From positions 10,850,001-10,914,000 of the forward strand of contig CAIIXF020000001.1 in NCBI GenBank assembly GCA_903813345.2: a stretch of 64,000 nt of DNA. Direction: 5' to 3'. The notes below the pieces were generated by a model that saw nothing but the letters and a program-made list of their open reading frames with translations, did no database searches and had not been told where the DNA came from. The position numbers and the translations under genes were made by a program. Positions 46,101 to 60,700 of this stretch are shown here, in pieces. Origin of the DNA: Owenia fusiformis. Taxonomy: Eukaryota. Positions within the stretch are counted from its first letter, which is position 1, and each line of letters starts with the position of its first letter.

Positions 46101-47123
46101 CCTAAGAGTAACTAGGAATCAAATTCATTTCCGGGAATAAGTAATTAATTAAAGTGAGAACACACACCCGAGTCCTTTTTCATATTTCTAGGAAATAATA
46201 GATGATCTTTAACAAAAGTGGAATTAACAATTTTTCAATTTTCATTTTTTAATTATTGAAAGCCATGCATCATAAAAATAATATGGACATTTATGGCCCA
46301 TCAGAATTTGGCTCAATTGTGAGGATAATGTATACATTGTACAATACTTTATGTAGTGTACTGGAATATTTTTATGTCTGATAATCGTTGTCTATGAATT
46401 AATTTGTCTGCTGTATCCATATTTCACTTTCAAACTTTAAAGAACAAAGTGAGATGTTAACTAATAATTAAAGTCCAAATACTACGAAAAATTTTAAAAT
46501 GATCATCAATCATATGTATGATATAAATAAATGTGCATGACTTGTACAGATGTAACATTTAGATACACATCTGTAATTATAAATTACTGAAATAATTTGT
46601 TCAAAATAACCTCATAGATATTCTCATTTAAACCACATTATTGCTACCATGCTTGTGTAATTCAAACAAATGACACAATTTAATCACCCTATGCAGACAG
46701 AGCCTGTGGGAAATATTGGGTGCGGCGCAAATGAGCGGAGGGTGCGGAGCTAACGGTCATTTTTGAATTTAAAATTGGGATATTTCTGAAACTAAGCCGT
46801 TTTGGGACTTCAAATATACCAAGATATGTGTATTTGACACCAAATATCAATAAAATTGTGAAAATAGTAGTGCAATTCATTTTATAGCGACGCAGTATGC
46901 CTTAAACATTTCCCAGACCTATATATTTTGAGACTATCCTTTTAATACTGCGTCCCCAGCATTCATAAAAAATGGTGTTCAAGATACACTACCCATGCAA
47001 ATTATTTTTGCATCTTGGAAGCCAGGCAGTATCTGTGTGATTTTATAAAAATTCGGAAATGTTCTTCAGATATGAGCCCCTCTAAATATTGGGTGCGGAG
47101 CTACGTTTATGGAGCTGCTCCGC
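43112..47123. repeat. 2006-bp tandem duplication
   Basis: 43112-45117 = 45118-47123, and the ORF track is duplicated at +2006. The unit ends just past the hairpin centre of the MITE at 46685-47533, leaving a half-MITE at 44679-45117. Confidence 0.95.
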
Positions 47124-47533
47124 ACCCAATATTTAGAGGGGCTCATATCTGAAGAACATTTCCGAATTTTTATAAAATCACACAGATACTGCCTGGCTTC
47201 AAAGATGCAAAAATAATTTGTATAGATAGTGCACCTTGAACACCATTTTTTATGAATGCTGGGGACTCAGTATTAAAAGGATAATTTCAAAATATATAGG
47301 TCTGGGAAAGGTTTAAGGCACACTGCGTCGCTATAGAATGAATTGCGCTACTATTTTCACAATTGTATTGATATTTGGTGTCAAATACACATATCTTGGT
47401 ATATTTGAAGTCCCAAAACGGCTTAGTTTCAGAAATATCCCAAATTTAAATTCAAAAATAACCGTTAGCTCCGCACCCTCCGCTCATTTGCTCCGCACCC
47501 AATATTTCCCACAGGCTCTGTCTGCATAGGGTG
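46685..47533. mobile_element. 849-bp palindromic CAC...GTG MITE with 5-bp TSD
   Basis: CACCCTATGCAGACAGAGCCTGTGGGAAATATTGGGTGCGG...CTCTGTCTGCATAGGGTG, with arms of ~415 bp and TTAAT on both flanks (46680-46684, 47534-47538). Confidence 0.92.
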
Positions 47534-48777
47534 TTAATGGCAATTGTCAATACCCTATATGTATATGTACTGACAATTTACTATCATAAGTATACATGCA
47601 GTAGGCACAAGTTTTATACAGAACATTATTGACCATAACATTAACATGTGACATAAACATATCTACAATTAAATCAAAATAAAACCTGCTTACAAGGTAT
47701 ATATGGTCCCAAGGGCTAAAGCTTTATAGTTGCATCTGAACACTGAATTATACTATAACCACATGATGGATAAAGCTTCAGTCACATTTGCTCTACAGTG
47801 GCCGTAGCTTCACAAAATAGATATAGAATATCTACATCGTACTGCTCATTCCTTTATTTTATGATGCATATTTCTGCTGATTTTAGAAGCTACGTCCACT
47901 ATTTACGACTGAGGCATAAACACGAACAAAATCCAACTCATCAGAAGCTATGACAGTATTTCACCTAGAGGGGATGGGGATATCCCAGAATTCATAGATG
48001 AACCATGTAAATATGAATGTATATACTAGTATTTGTCTTTACATAGTGATATGAAGATCTAAGGATTCTGGGGTATTTCCTCCTCTTGTTTCACCGAAGC
48101 TAATTTTGATCATCAAATCCAACTAACTGCATGTTACTCTATCACAACTGCTTTGACCTATATGCTCTATAAAGCGAAAGCCCTTCTGGTTTACCTCAAA
48201 CCATGTACCTCTGATCTCAGTTCAAACTGCACATTTATTGTTAAGAAGATAGTGGATGTATAAGGTGGTAGGATGATACCTTACACAACATTCTCCCATC
48301 TTGTATAAGGTTGTATTTCTAGATGATACCTTATACAATATTCTCCCAAATGGATTTATCATCTCACCCATAAGCATTTCCCCAAGCAATAATTACACCT
48401 AGCTATTGACTGATTCTTTCAAGTATTGTAAATTTACATAGCCCCTATCCAAAACCTTAATGGCTTCATAGGAGTGACAGTATGTCCAAATAAATCTGAC
48501 TTGGAGACATTACAAAATGCTGGAGTGGGGATAATATTTTCAAAAAACATTATTCTTACTCTGAATACCTCTGATAATTAATTACATGTTGTAGTTGACA
48601 TAGTTTATTAGAAAAAATCTGGACTTTAATAGGGAAATATCTGAGATACCTGCAATATTTGCAGTTAATATCTATACTGGTACAAACTGGTTCCAATGGG
48701 AAAATACGACATCATCACAAAATACATGCACAAATCCTCCTTATTCATCCTCTACCCTCAAGTGTCCTAATCTAGTC

Positions 48778-51700
48778 CTATAATAATGGCTGCTGTTGTT
48801 GCTGTTGCTGAACATACATCTGTTGTTGAGGAATAGTTGAAGGAATAAAGTTCTGAATCTGTTGTTGTGGTGCTTGCGTGTTTGTTAAATGAGGGGCCAT
48901 TTCTTGCTGGTTACTATAGGTAGAGATTGTGGAGGCGGGAGTATAGCCGTTGCTGGGCATGGATGTATTCCTGGAAATAGTGGAAACATGCTTATTATAT
49001 AATTCATATGACAACTTCACTGGAGCTGAGAATATTTTTAAACGAAATTAGTTAGTTTGCTGGTATTTCATTGTTCAACACAGAAGCAAGAATTTAATTA
49101 AAGTATTCAATGACTTGCTGTGTGCCATTCTTGTTTAAAGTTTTTAGCTAGAGTTTTGAGACATACATAACAAAATTTTACAAATAATATTTCATAGATT
49201 TGAATACAAGGTCATCTTTTCCAGTTTATTGTTCAACATAGCATATCTATCTGTTCTGAATGGCCAGAAAGCAAAAAATTAAAAAAATTGTGAATATTGT
49301 AAATATTGATATAAAATAACTCACTCTGTATACTGTGGTTGATTAGTTGGTGTAGGTGAATAACTTTGTTGTGCTGGTGCCATATGACCTTGAACCATGG
49401 GTTGACCTTGAGCCATAGGTTGACCTTGGGTTATGGGTTGACCTTGACCCATACCGGCCTGGTTTTCTACAGGTCCATGCAGCGAGTTCATCTGAGGCTG
49501 GCCCATATTTGGGACCTGACCCTGGCCAGGGAGAAATTGCTGACCATTATACATCTACAAAAAACAAAAATTATATAATTTGTTGCTCACAATATTCAAT
49601 ATTAGGGGTTTCAACCAGAACAACGGCAACGCCAAAGCGTAGCGAATCCCATCGAACAGCCATGGATGGCATTTTTACAAACAAAGGATATAGCAAAAAT
49701 GGCAGCCATTTTTCAAAATGGCCACCTTCTACCAAAAGTGCCATTAGACAGTGTGCCGTGCTTATAGTATTCACATACCAAATATAAACAAAATCATTCC
49801 ACTACTTTTCGAGTTATAGTAAAATATGTTAAAATGGCGGCCATTTTGAAAAATGACCGCCTTCTACCAAAAGTGTCATTAGACAGTGTGCCATGCTTAC
49901 AGTATTCACATACCAAATATGAACAAAATCGCTTCACTACTTTTCGAGTTATAGTAAAATACGTTAAAATGGCGGCCATTTTTCAAATTTTTTTTCAAAA
50001 TGGCCACCTTCTACCAAAAGTGTCATAGGACAGTGTGTCATGCTTATAGTATTCACATACCAAATATGAACAAAATCGCTCCACTACTTTTCGAGTAATA
50101 GTAAAATACATTAAAATGGCAGCCATTTTGAAAAATGGCGGCCATGGCGGCCATTTTTCAAAATGGCCACCTTCTACTGAAAGTGTCTTTAGACAGTGTG
50201 CAATGTTTATAGTATTCACATACCAAATATGAACAAAACCGCTCCACTACTTTTCGAGTTACAGCAAAAATCGTAAAATAACGAGTAAAGACCGCCATTT
50301 TTCAAGATGGCTGCCATGTGCTTCTTTAATATCTACATTTTTAGCTTTATTAATGTCCTATATAATTTTTTTACATCTAAAACATATTTCTATTACAGTT
50401 TTACATATTGCACCTAAATTACTGTAAATTCGGCACTAAAATGGCCGCCATTTTGAAATGAGCGGCCATTTTGAAAATCGGCTCTCGAGCAGAACTTCTA
50501 CCCCCATAGGGTATATGTGTACAAAATATGAACAAAATCGGGCAGACGGTATTTGAGTTATTGCCCGGACGGACGGACGGACGGACGTACGGAAGGACGG
50601 ACGGAGGCGTTCCCTATATCCCTCCGAACTTCGTTCGATGGGATAATTAACTCTTTCAATGAGAATGGTTCCAATGGTTTTAGGTATTTTCAAAATATTG
50701 ATAATATGTACTGACACCTTGACATTTTCATTTATTTCAGCTTCATTTGTGAAGGATTTGTATTCTGTATTTGCAATCCCATCAGAATAAATTGGGACAA
50801 CTTTTACATCTGCATGACAAATACAGCATAGGCCTTTTAAAATGTCTAAGTCAAAATGCCCTGTTCTACTCGGACTACCATTTATAAAAGTACCATATTC
50901 TCTCAAATTAGCGCACAGTTCCATTAAACACATGCAATTTTTATGATGAATATGGTCTCAAGAAAACACAAAGTGAATACATTAGTTTTTATTATTTACA
51001 CATCAATTGATGATTATAATGCAGAGAAAGAAATACAGGAACTGTAAAGTTAACCTTAGTGGTAACAACTAAAAAGATTAATGGCGGTAATTTTTCTTAA
51101 TTTTGTATATGTGGCCTTATTGGAATATCTCAATGTCTTACCCCTTTAAGTTTCAATTTGGGAAGAGCACTGTGGGCTCATTAGAGAGAATACGGTAAAT
51201 TAGATGTATTGTACACCAGAAAATTGACAATAGGTGATTCATACCTGGTTTGGAATAGGTTGTTGTTGCATGCCCATATTTGGATATCCACCGGGTGGTA
51301 GTGACATCTTTTGTGCTGATGGTAAGTAAAGACCCTCCTTCATTAAATTATTGTACATTTGTAGAGCATCTATCACTTGTTTGTTAATGTCACTTAATCT
51401 GGCATGACTCCTGCAAAAATACATGAATTTTAATTACAAAGAAAAAAACACAACTTGTATTTCTCTCATACTTTATTAGAAAACCAAGAAATAACCAGAA
51501 ATATGGTTTGGTAATGAAATAGAGTCTTTTATCATGTATGCAAAATCAAAAACATACATGTATTTTACATGATTTAAGTCAGGGAGGCATTGGAGGCAAT
51601 GTTCTCTATGTAGGTAACTGCCATTTACAAAGTACAGCCATTTGTCAACTAATTTTCTTACATGATAAATATATATGCCTGGCTGTACTCTCATAACATC

Positions 51701-54700
51701 ATGCTATCGCAAATACCAGAACATACATTACACCACAGCTAAATGTTGCCTTAAATAATGAAACCATTAAACATATTTTTTGATTTAAATATTTCATAGA
51801 AAACAAGGAATTTTTACCTATCAATTTTTTCTAGCTCTTGGTCTATGAGGGGTCCCATTGCCTTGCATTCACTCTCAAGCCCCAACATCTCTGGGGTGTC
51901 TGGTCTAGTCTCTCCTGTAGGGTCGGCATTCTGAATCATCTCAAGGCAGTCATCTATCCGGCTCTACAAATAATGATTGGTTAAGTCAGAATTAATTAGT
52001 GTCCTAATAATGTACTCTGCAAATATACTGTTATCAGAAATTATCAGTGATCATCCCCAAACATGTCACATCATACAACTCTCAAGTACATACCTCGTCA
52101 ATCCTAACTGTCTCAGGTAGCCTCTCAACCGTCTTCACTTCAACCTCCTCATTAAACTGAACAGATTTCTTCTCCTTTACTGAAACAATAGAGTTCTTGG
52201 TTTGGAATAATTACATTACATAACAGAACATTAATGACTACAAGGTGAATTATGAACAAGGCATTAACATGCAAAATGTCACCATTTGTAACAGAAGTGA
52301 ACACCAACTCCTGAATGTCATCCACAAAAAAGTTGGAGACTATAACAATAATTAAACTTGTGGTGGTGACATAATAACCATTGATGACTCATTCATTGAA
52401 ATTTCAAAAACAATAAATTATATACCAATAGAATTACAAAGAACATGCAATTTTTATTTGATTATTTATTTATTTATTTTATTACGAAATAATTACATGC
52501 AAATTGATGTTATTTTGTTATCTTCTTGTGAAAATAGTTGATGATTGTAGTTTCTGAGTTTTCCAATCCTTTTTAATCAACATAGTTGTTCTGGTTTTCA
52601 AGTATGCAGCTAAGTCCACCTTTGTGGGCTATTTCACTTCCAGTTTACATTAATGAGTAACATATTTTATGTATAACATTTATTGATTATATTATTTTTG
52701 TCGGCAGGATTTACTTAAAAAATCCTAATTTAGCTATACAGGGTGTCCGGAAAGTAAAGATACAAATGCTCTAATTTCAATAGATTTACCTGTTGTGAGA
52801 TGAAATTGCTACAGATTGTAGAATGACATTGTAACAATTTATCCTGCAAATATCATGACAAATAGTTTCAAAATAAAAAAGTTATGGTTGTTATGGTGAC
52901 AGGAGTCGCGGGTATGTGGAGCAGCGTTACAATTATGTTTTATAAATCTTTTCTCCAGTTCATATCATCTTGACACTTTGTCATCTGTTGCTATTATATA
53001 TCAAATTATGTACCGCAGCAGCAAAAGGATTAGTACTGTAACATTATTTAGTCATTTGGCATTACTTCTGGTATCTGGTATTATGTATTTCCCACCATTA
53101 TCTTAACATTCTTGGTGCATTTTGACTGGTGATTCCAAGATCTGACAAAACCGCCGCTGCCCATCTCTAGGATTGCTGCTAACATTGGTTTCCAGCCGAA
53201 TCTCATTTTCATGTTGAACTTCTAAGAAATATTGCTTTAAGATATTCATTAATGTAGAAGTCCAACGGGACATTATCAGACCAAATATTGACCATTGTAC
53301 AAAAAGGTTCAATGTTAAGACATTCATTTGTGAAATTTGTTTTCTTTGCTTTGTGAATTGGTGCATTTACTGTGGAGGTAGACTGTTGACTCTTCTATTA
53401 ATCCTGGGACCCTTTTCCTAAGCACATATACTTTTTCTTTGATTATACTGGTGACATTACATAGTTCTGATATGTATCAATGATATCATTAAACTAAAGA
53501 GAATACTATGGCAGCAAGAATACAATATTGAACAAAACAAAACATTGATAGGAAATACCAAAATAAGCACTGTTTCAAATGGTTATATTTTAGCAATTTA
53601 TCGCAATTTAGTGATATCCTGGAACTGCTCCACATACCCCTCACCACCGTAACCATGACAACCGTAACTTTAACACGTTTAGACTGTATGTTATAAAATT
53701 TGGCAGATGTATTGTAATATGGTTCCTCTACAATCTGTAGCAATTTCATTACGAGAAACCTAAATCTCTTAAAATTAGAGTGTTTGTATCTTTACTTTCC
53801 GGACACCCTATATGTTGACATGTTATCATGCTGCAAGAGTCAAATAAATTCCTTATAATACCTGGTTCCTCTGGTTCAGCAGTTAGATCTGCTGTTACAA
53901 AGTTGGCGGGAAATAGTCCTTCTCCACGGAAGTTTGAGCCTTTCCACCAGTTGACATCAGAGTCATCTATAACACCTATTATCTCACCAGCTTTAAATGT
54001 TAATTCATTGTCTTCAGCTGCCTCAAAATCATAAATTGCACGAACCTGAAAAATATAATAACTTGAAATTGGCAAATCCACGAGTAGCAAATCACAACGA
54101 ACACTATATTCATGAATCTATATATGTCACAATGTAATATTTAACATCTACTGTACCCTTGATTAAATTAAATTATTGACAAATATTAAAAGACAAAATC
54201 ATGAACTGCATTGCAAAAACCTGAAAATAAAGTAATGAAAGACATCAGAGATTGATGTGTAGCCAATAACGATATCAGTATGAACATGAAAACGAGTGTA
54301 TAAACTGAATGTCTCTCAAATGAAATTTTAAAATGGCAAGTAAATTAACTATCTGCATATATGTATCCATAATTAAAAACATATCAAACTCATCATACTC
54401 TTTCCATGATCAATTTCACATCAAAATGAGCAAAATACAAGATTTCTAGGATTTCTGAAAACATTTATAGAGATGTTGAAAAGGTATCTTTAAACACCTC
54501 ATGATAAATAACTAAAACTTTACTTTCTTGTCTAAAACCAAACTTGTATTTCTTAGTTCTTATATTGCACATTTGTAATTCACTGTTACTACTACAGTGT
54601 CTCAATTCAACCCCCAAGTCCATATAATGACCTTTGGTCATGCATAAATAAATGTTTCACTCAACACATGAATAGAAATTAAACACTCAGGGTTCTTATG

Positions 54701-57700
54701 CAATTAAGTGATGCATGAAACTCAAAGGGGTGAACCATTACATCATCACATCTTCCCCCTTTCTTTTGACTGTTCTTAATTTAGCAACATCTTTCATTAA
54801 AACAGTCACACAAATCTATATAACTACTTGTAAAACTTAAAGTCAAAAACTTATGATTAAAATCCATATGTCACTTAAAATATATCACTTTAATTAATGT
54901 AGTCTTGGTCCATCATACACAGGGAATAGATTAATTATCCATTTACAGTAGTTGTTGTAAGGTTTGGATTAGGTAATCCTGTCTAGGTTAAAGAGTTGGC
55001 GATCCTTTCTTCTTTAGAAATGGCTATCTTTGTCTTGTGGTCGGATCGGTCGGTATCCATTCTTCAGATTCCATGATCCTATCTTTGCACTTGAATACTT
55101 GGTCTTATTCTTATATATGTAGAAAATCCTTTTTTGTGTAGTAGCACAATACGATTGCCGAATCCTTGCGATCAAACGTTGATCACTTTCTGGGATCAAA
55201 GTTATCTTCAACTTCAAATCCACCCTGAAGAATCATATGATGCTATAGTAAAACCTGTAGATATCCTCTTAAAGTGACGACTTTTCGTGCACCCGGAAAC
55301 ACAGCGTTAAACATGCTTAACTGCTTTTCTTTACAGTGTTCGCTTCAGCCTTAAATCATAGACTCTGTTTCACAAAATTGCACCAACATGTCAGTTTCGT
55401 CGACATTGCTGATATTCACCTTGCAATTTCTTCGATCGTTCATGCATTTCTCAAATAGTTCATTTTCGTACATATATTACTCACACTGATCTTTGCGTTC
55501 AGATCATGTGTTCGTTCCTTCATCGTTTCTAGGGTTCTTCTGGTTTGAGTCATCAGTGTTATCACTTGAGTGTTCATTTGACTTGAGATGCATTTGTTAT
55601 TTGCATGGGCGTTACATCTTCCAGTAGGCCTTCATCAATTCTGTCAAAATCACATCCTCTAAAGTTAATTTCACTGGAAAGCGTATAGTTCGTTTCTTTT
55701 TCGCTGCCACCATGTAGAGATGTTGAAAAGGTATCTTTAAACACCTCATGATAAATAACTAAAACTTTACTTTCTTGTCTAAAACCAAACTTGTATTTCT
55801 TAGTTCTTATATTGCACATTTGTAATTCACTGTTACTACTACAGTGTCTCAATTCAACCCCCAAGTCCATATAATGACCTTTGGTCATGCATAAATAAAT
55901 GTTTCACTCAACACATGAATAGAAATTAAACACTCAGGGTTCTTATGCAATTAAGTGATGCATGAAACTCAAAGGGGTGAACCATTACATCATCACAGTA
56001 GACAAGTTTTCTTTTAATCTTGTTCAATATATATTATGGCATTATAAAAACAGATCTCAAAACAGTTACTTACCACCCTTCTTTCTTTTTTCTCTGGAGT
56101 ACTGTTAGAAGAAACTGTTGATATTGCACTGGCACCTCCCCCTCCCATACTTGGGTATAAACTTGATGTTGTTGTGGTTTTAGTTTTGCTGGACTGTTCT
56201 TCCTTCAAAGACAATGCTATGGCTGAAATGAAGTAAAATCATTAAATAACTTCTAGAAATAGGATATCTTCTCGATCTCTATTTCAAAAATGTTCAAAAC
56301 AAAATGCAGTTTTTGAATTTTTATTTTTACACAAGCTTTTCTTGTATCATGTAGAAACTGTTTTTGTTGCTAACATAGAATTTCTTATTGATTCCTTAAT
56401 TATTCCATCTGATGCAGAAGTACACCACAACGTAACATAAGAAGTGAGATTTTGAACAGAAATATACTTAGAAATTTATCCAAATGATTTCCTCAGATAT
56501 ATAAAACTTTTTTATGTTGTCATTATTCTCAGATTCTGCTTCTTCTACAATACCTTTTGCAATATCATCTTCAAGAATTCCTTTTGCAATATTATCTTCT
56601 ACAATACCTTTTGCAATATCATCTTCTACAATACCTTTTGCAATATCATCTTCTACAATACCTTTTGCAATATCATATTCTACGATACCTTTTGCAATTT
56701 CATCTTCTACAATACCTTTTGCAATATCATCTTCTACAATACCTTTTGCAATATCATATTCTACGATACCTTTTGCAATTTCATCTTCTACAATACCTTT
56801 TGCAATATCATCTTCTACAATACCTTTTGCAATATCATCTTCTACAATACCTTTTGCAATGTCTTCTTCTACAATACCTTTTGCAATATCATATTCTACA
56901 ATACCTTTTGCAATATCAACTTCTACAATACCTTTTGCAATATCTTCCTCTACAATACCTTTTGCAATATCATCTTCTACAATACCTTTTGCAATATCAT
57001 CTTCTACAATACCTTTTGCAATGTCTTCTTCTACAATACCTTTTGCAATATCATATTCTACAATACCTTTTGCAATATCATCTTCTACAATACCTTTTGC
57101 AATATCTTCCTCTACAATACCTTTTGCAATATCATCTTCTACTATACCTTTTGCAATATCATCTTCTTCTTGCTGACTGTTGACCACATTAGGGTCTTTT
57201 GACAAAGTCTCCACTTTCGTACTGGTCTAAAACGTAATAAAATTCTACAATTAAGATAGATAAGTAGAAAAACATCTTGGGTTCGTTACAGATAAAGCTT
57301 AAAGTCCCACTAGGAGTAACTTAAAGTACTGTAATAACAGGTTACAGAGGTTTAACACAACCTTCATGTTGATATAAGACAGTTACACTCGGTGACTCAG
57401 TCTAGCACATTCTACTTGTATTGATGAAAAATCATGTGATTGCTACTTTTGGACATAACAAATTAGTAAACTAATCTTAATCGTTTAATCTTAAAACGTC
57501 TTATAAGTATACACTTTTGAAAATAAAGTAATATGATAGCTTGGTATTTAAATTATATGAACTAAAATGTAAAGTTTGACTACACAAGTCTTTAGTTTTA
57601 AACAATTAGTATCATGACAGTTGCACAAAAATCATTCATACCTTTGTATCAGATGTACTAAAATCATATCCCTCCTTTTTAAGACTGTTATACAATGTTG

Positions 57701-60700
57701 GAATGAGACTGAAATTAAAAATGCAAAAGCAGTTATGGATAAATGTTTATAAACTTTGCTTCAAAGAGAGCAAATTTTTTAGTATTGGACAGATGGAACT
57801 TTTTGTCGAATGAATTCTTTGAAATACTGTATATGGGATTGTACAGATTGAATTCAAAATATCTGGTAACACCTCTCTGAATCAATCCATAACTTTACAA
57901 GTTTTGAACTTCTAAATCGATACATTATAATCCACCAAAATACATAAAGTCATTTTTCCATATGATCGATCAATAGATTAACTAAGAAAATGTAAGTCAT
58001 AATTTGACAAAACTCAATGGTACCCTGATATGCCTTTTTAACAAGTGAAAATATAAGATAGTAAACACTGAACTTACTGAAGCGAGGCATCTGATTTGAA
58101 TTCATTTTCTGCCCATTTCTTTACAAGTTGTGCTAGTTTCTCTGCTACCCTTGGATGTGCCTACAAAATGGTAGAACATTGTGATCAAAACTGACAATAT
58201 CGCTTCATGGTTTTGGGAGCTTTCCTTTTTCATCACAGGATCTTAGCAAGTGGTCAAAAAAGGACTACACTAGAATTAAAATTTCAAAGCTGAAATTGCT
58301 GAATAAAAATGTAGATATTGAAAGTAGGTCTCTGGACCAATACTATGATCATTTCACAAAAATGTTGATAGCCTGCACCTTTGTTGGACAACCAAGTAAC
58401 TTTGGAAAACAAGACACACAGTGATAAATATCGCACTTTGAAGAGCAAACTGGCCACCATGCAATTTACCCAGCATGGCCAAAACCTAATCAGACCTTGG
58501 CACTAGTCTGCTCTTGCATCTGTAAACATTTCAAGTTGACAAGGTTAGCGGTTTTCCTGCAATTTTGATGAGAAGAATTTATTTGTAGTCTTGAACTTTG
58601 GGAAAATTTAGATAACATTGTTTGTGACCTAATTTGATGACCTTCGACCTTGAAAATTTCACTTTTTCAGACCTCAGTAGGTGTTTTGTAATTAGCTGAC
58701 CTAAATTTAAATCCAAAATATCAATTTAGAAAATCAAATTTTTGATCTTTTCAAGGCCACTGAAGGTCAACGAAAGGTCAAATCTGAAATCTAAGGTCAG
58801 ATTTGAACTTCTGAGAACTTGTAGATGTTTTTAAAAAAAAATTTGGTCAATTTGGAGCAAGTTGAAAAATTCAAAATGGCCGCCAAATTGAAAAATTCAA
58901 AATGGCCATCATGTAATTCAGCCAGCATATCCAAAACCCAATCAGATCTTGGCAATAGTCTGCTCTTGCATCTGTAAAAATTTCAAGTTGAACGGATAAG
59001 TGGTTTTCCTGGAATTTTGATGACAAGATTTGTTGAAAAATTCAAAATGGCCGCCACATAGTTTACCCAGCATGCCCTTAACCTAATCAGATCTTGGTAC
59101 TAGTCTGCTCTTGCATCTGTAAAAATTTCAAGTTGAACAGGTAAGCAGTTACTCTGGAAATTTGATGACAAGATTTGGTTTATGTCCCGCCCGCCCGCCC
59201 GCACGCCCGCACACCCAAACGCCCGCCCAACAGCACAAGACGACGACGATATAGCACTTTTTCAAAGTGCGATAAAAATTTGGTAGAAAATAATTTGTTT
59301 TATCATAGACATAAAAACAGAATCCAACCCCTACTTTTTTCAAAATGCACTCCTAGTGAGAGTACTGGACAGCTTAATCAACAGAGCGAGGAAAATATTG
59401 TGAACATCTCTTTTTCAATTCAAAATTTCAAACTCAATAACCAGTCAAGTTAAAAGGCATGATTTAAGAATATAACAACAAGCACTTTCAAATAGTTAAT
59501 CTTTCTGATTATGAGTTCTTTGTAATAATTGTCAAGAGTTCGGGACACGTTGATTAAGGTCAATTTATTCACTTATCAGCTAGTTATATTGACCCTTCAC
59601 CACACTAACATGATCAGCCCTTTCAGTGAAGTAATGTATGTTTATACACATGCAGAGTTAAAATGGATATTTTTTGTTTTGGAAAGAAGAGGAAGATAAT
59701 ATTTGAAAGAAGCTCAATTCACTTACAAGATTATAAAACAAAATACAGCATGAAACTTTGATTTTATTAAATAGAATGATGATAATTTATCCAAGGGTTG
59801 CTCAGTACTTACCTTACCACCTAATAAAACTCTGACTTCAGATATAAAATCTCTAGATGCCATTTCTAAATGAAATTGGTGTCCACAGTTGCTAACACAG
59901 GCATCAAGCACCTAAAATTATATATGTATGAATTATACATAAATTTTGGGAATTTTTTACTTTTCTCTACATGTATTTGATATCTATGATCACCATTTCA
60001 AACTTCAGTTCATAATTGTTTTGAAAAAGTAATCATCACCATTGATTGGTTCTGTCAAATCTGACAAGTCTGACCCTGAAAAAGTGCAGCTATAGCAAAA
60101 AAGCTTTATATCTCTTATTGACTCTTTGATTAAATTACAGAATGTATAACTAAAGGTATAATAACTGCCCTCCCCAGGATTTTCTATCTGGAGATTTTGT
60201 CATTTTCTTGAGTGCAACATTTTAGGATCTTGTAGTTTTTGTGCTACATTTCACGAGTTCATATTTCTATTGTAACATATTTTAAGGCTCATTGAATTAA
60301 TAAAGGAGCATTTCTGGTGTTTTGAAACACATGGAGGTGCTGCACCTCAGATATTTCAATGTGGCAAACAGGACTCACTGTTAGTGACTGCATGGCAACA
60401 TGTGGTACTCTGTGGTTCATTCTTTTAATAATTGAAGTCAAACAATCTTTTGGTCTGGAAAAAAACAATAGATACATTATTGTACATCAAGTCATGCAGA
60501 TTTTTTCAATTTGATATGCGAAGTTTACATTTGTGTAACAAGCTGGCTACTTTTTATGTCACACCAATAAGACTATAATTTTACAGATAGATAAATACAA
60601 AGGCTAGAGGAAACAAAACAACTTTATATGGTCTTATTGCTGCAAATTACTGCATTAATATGTTTGGATTTTTCACAAAATATATGAATGACAAAACATA

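Noticed and set aside
56468-57214. The 248-aa, 220-aa and 208-aa ORFs as standalone genes
   Set aside because: They are by-products of the 27-bp array. Only the STAM exon portion is securely coding, and the + strand ORFs are antisense shadows.
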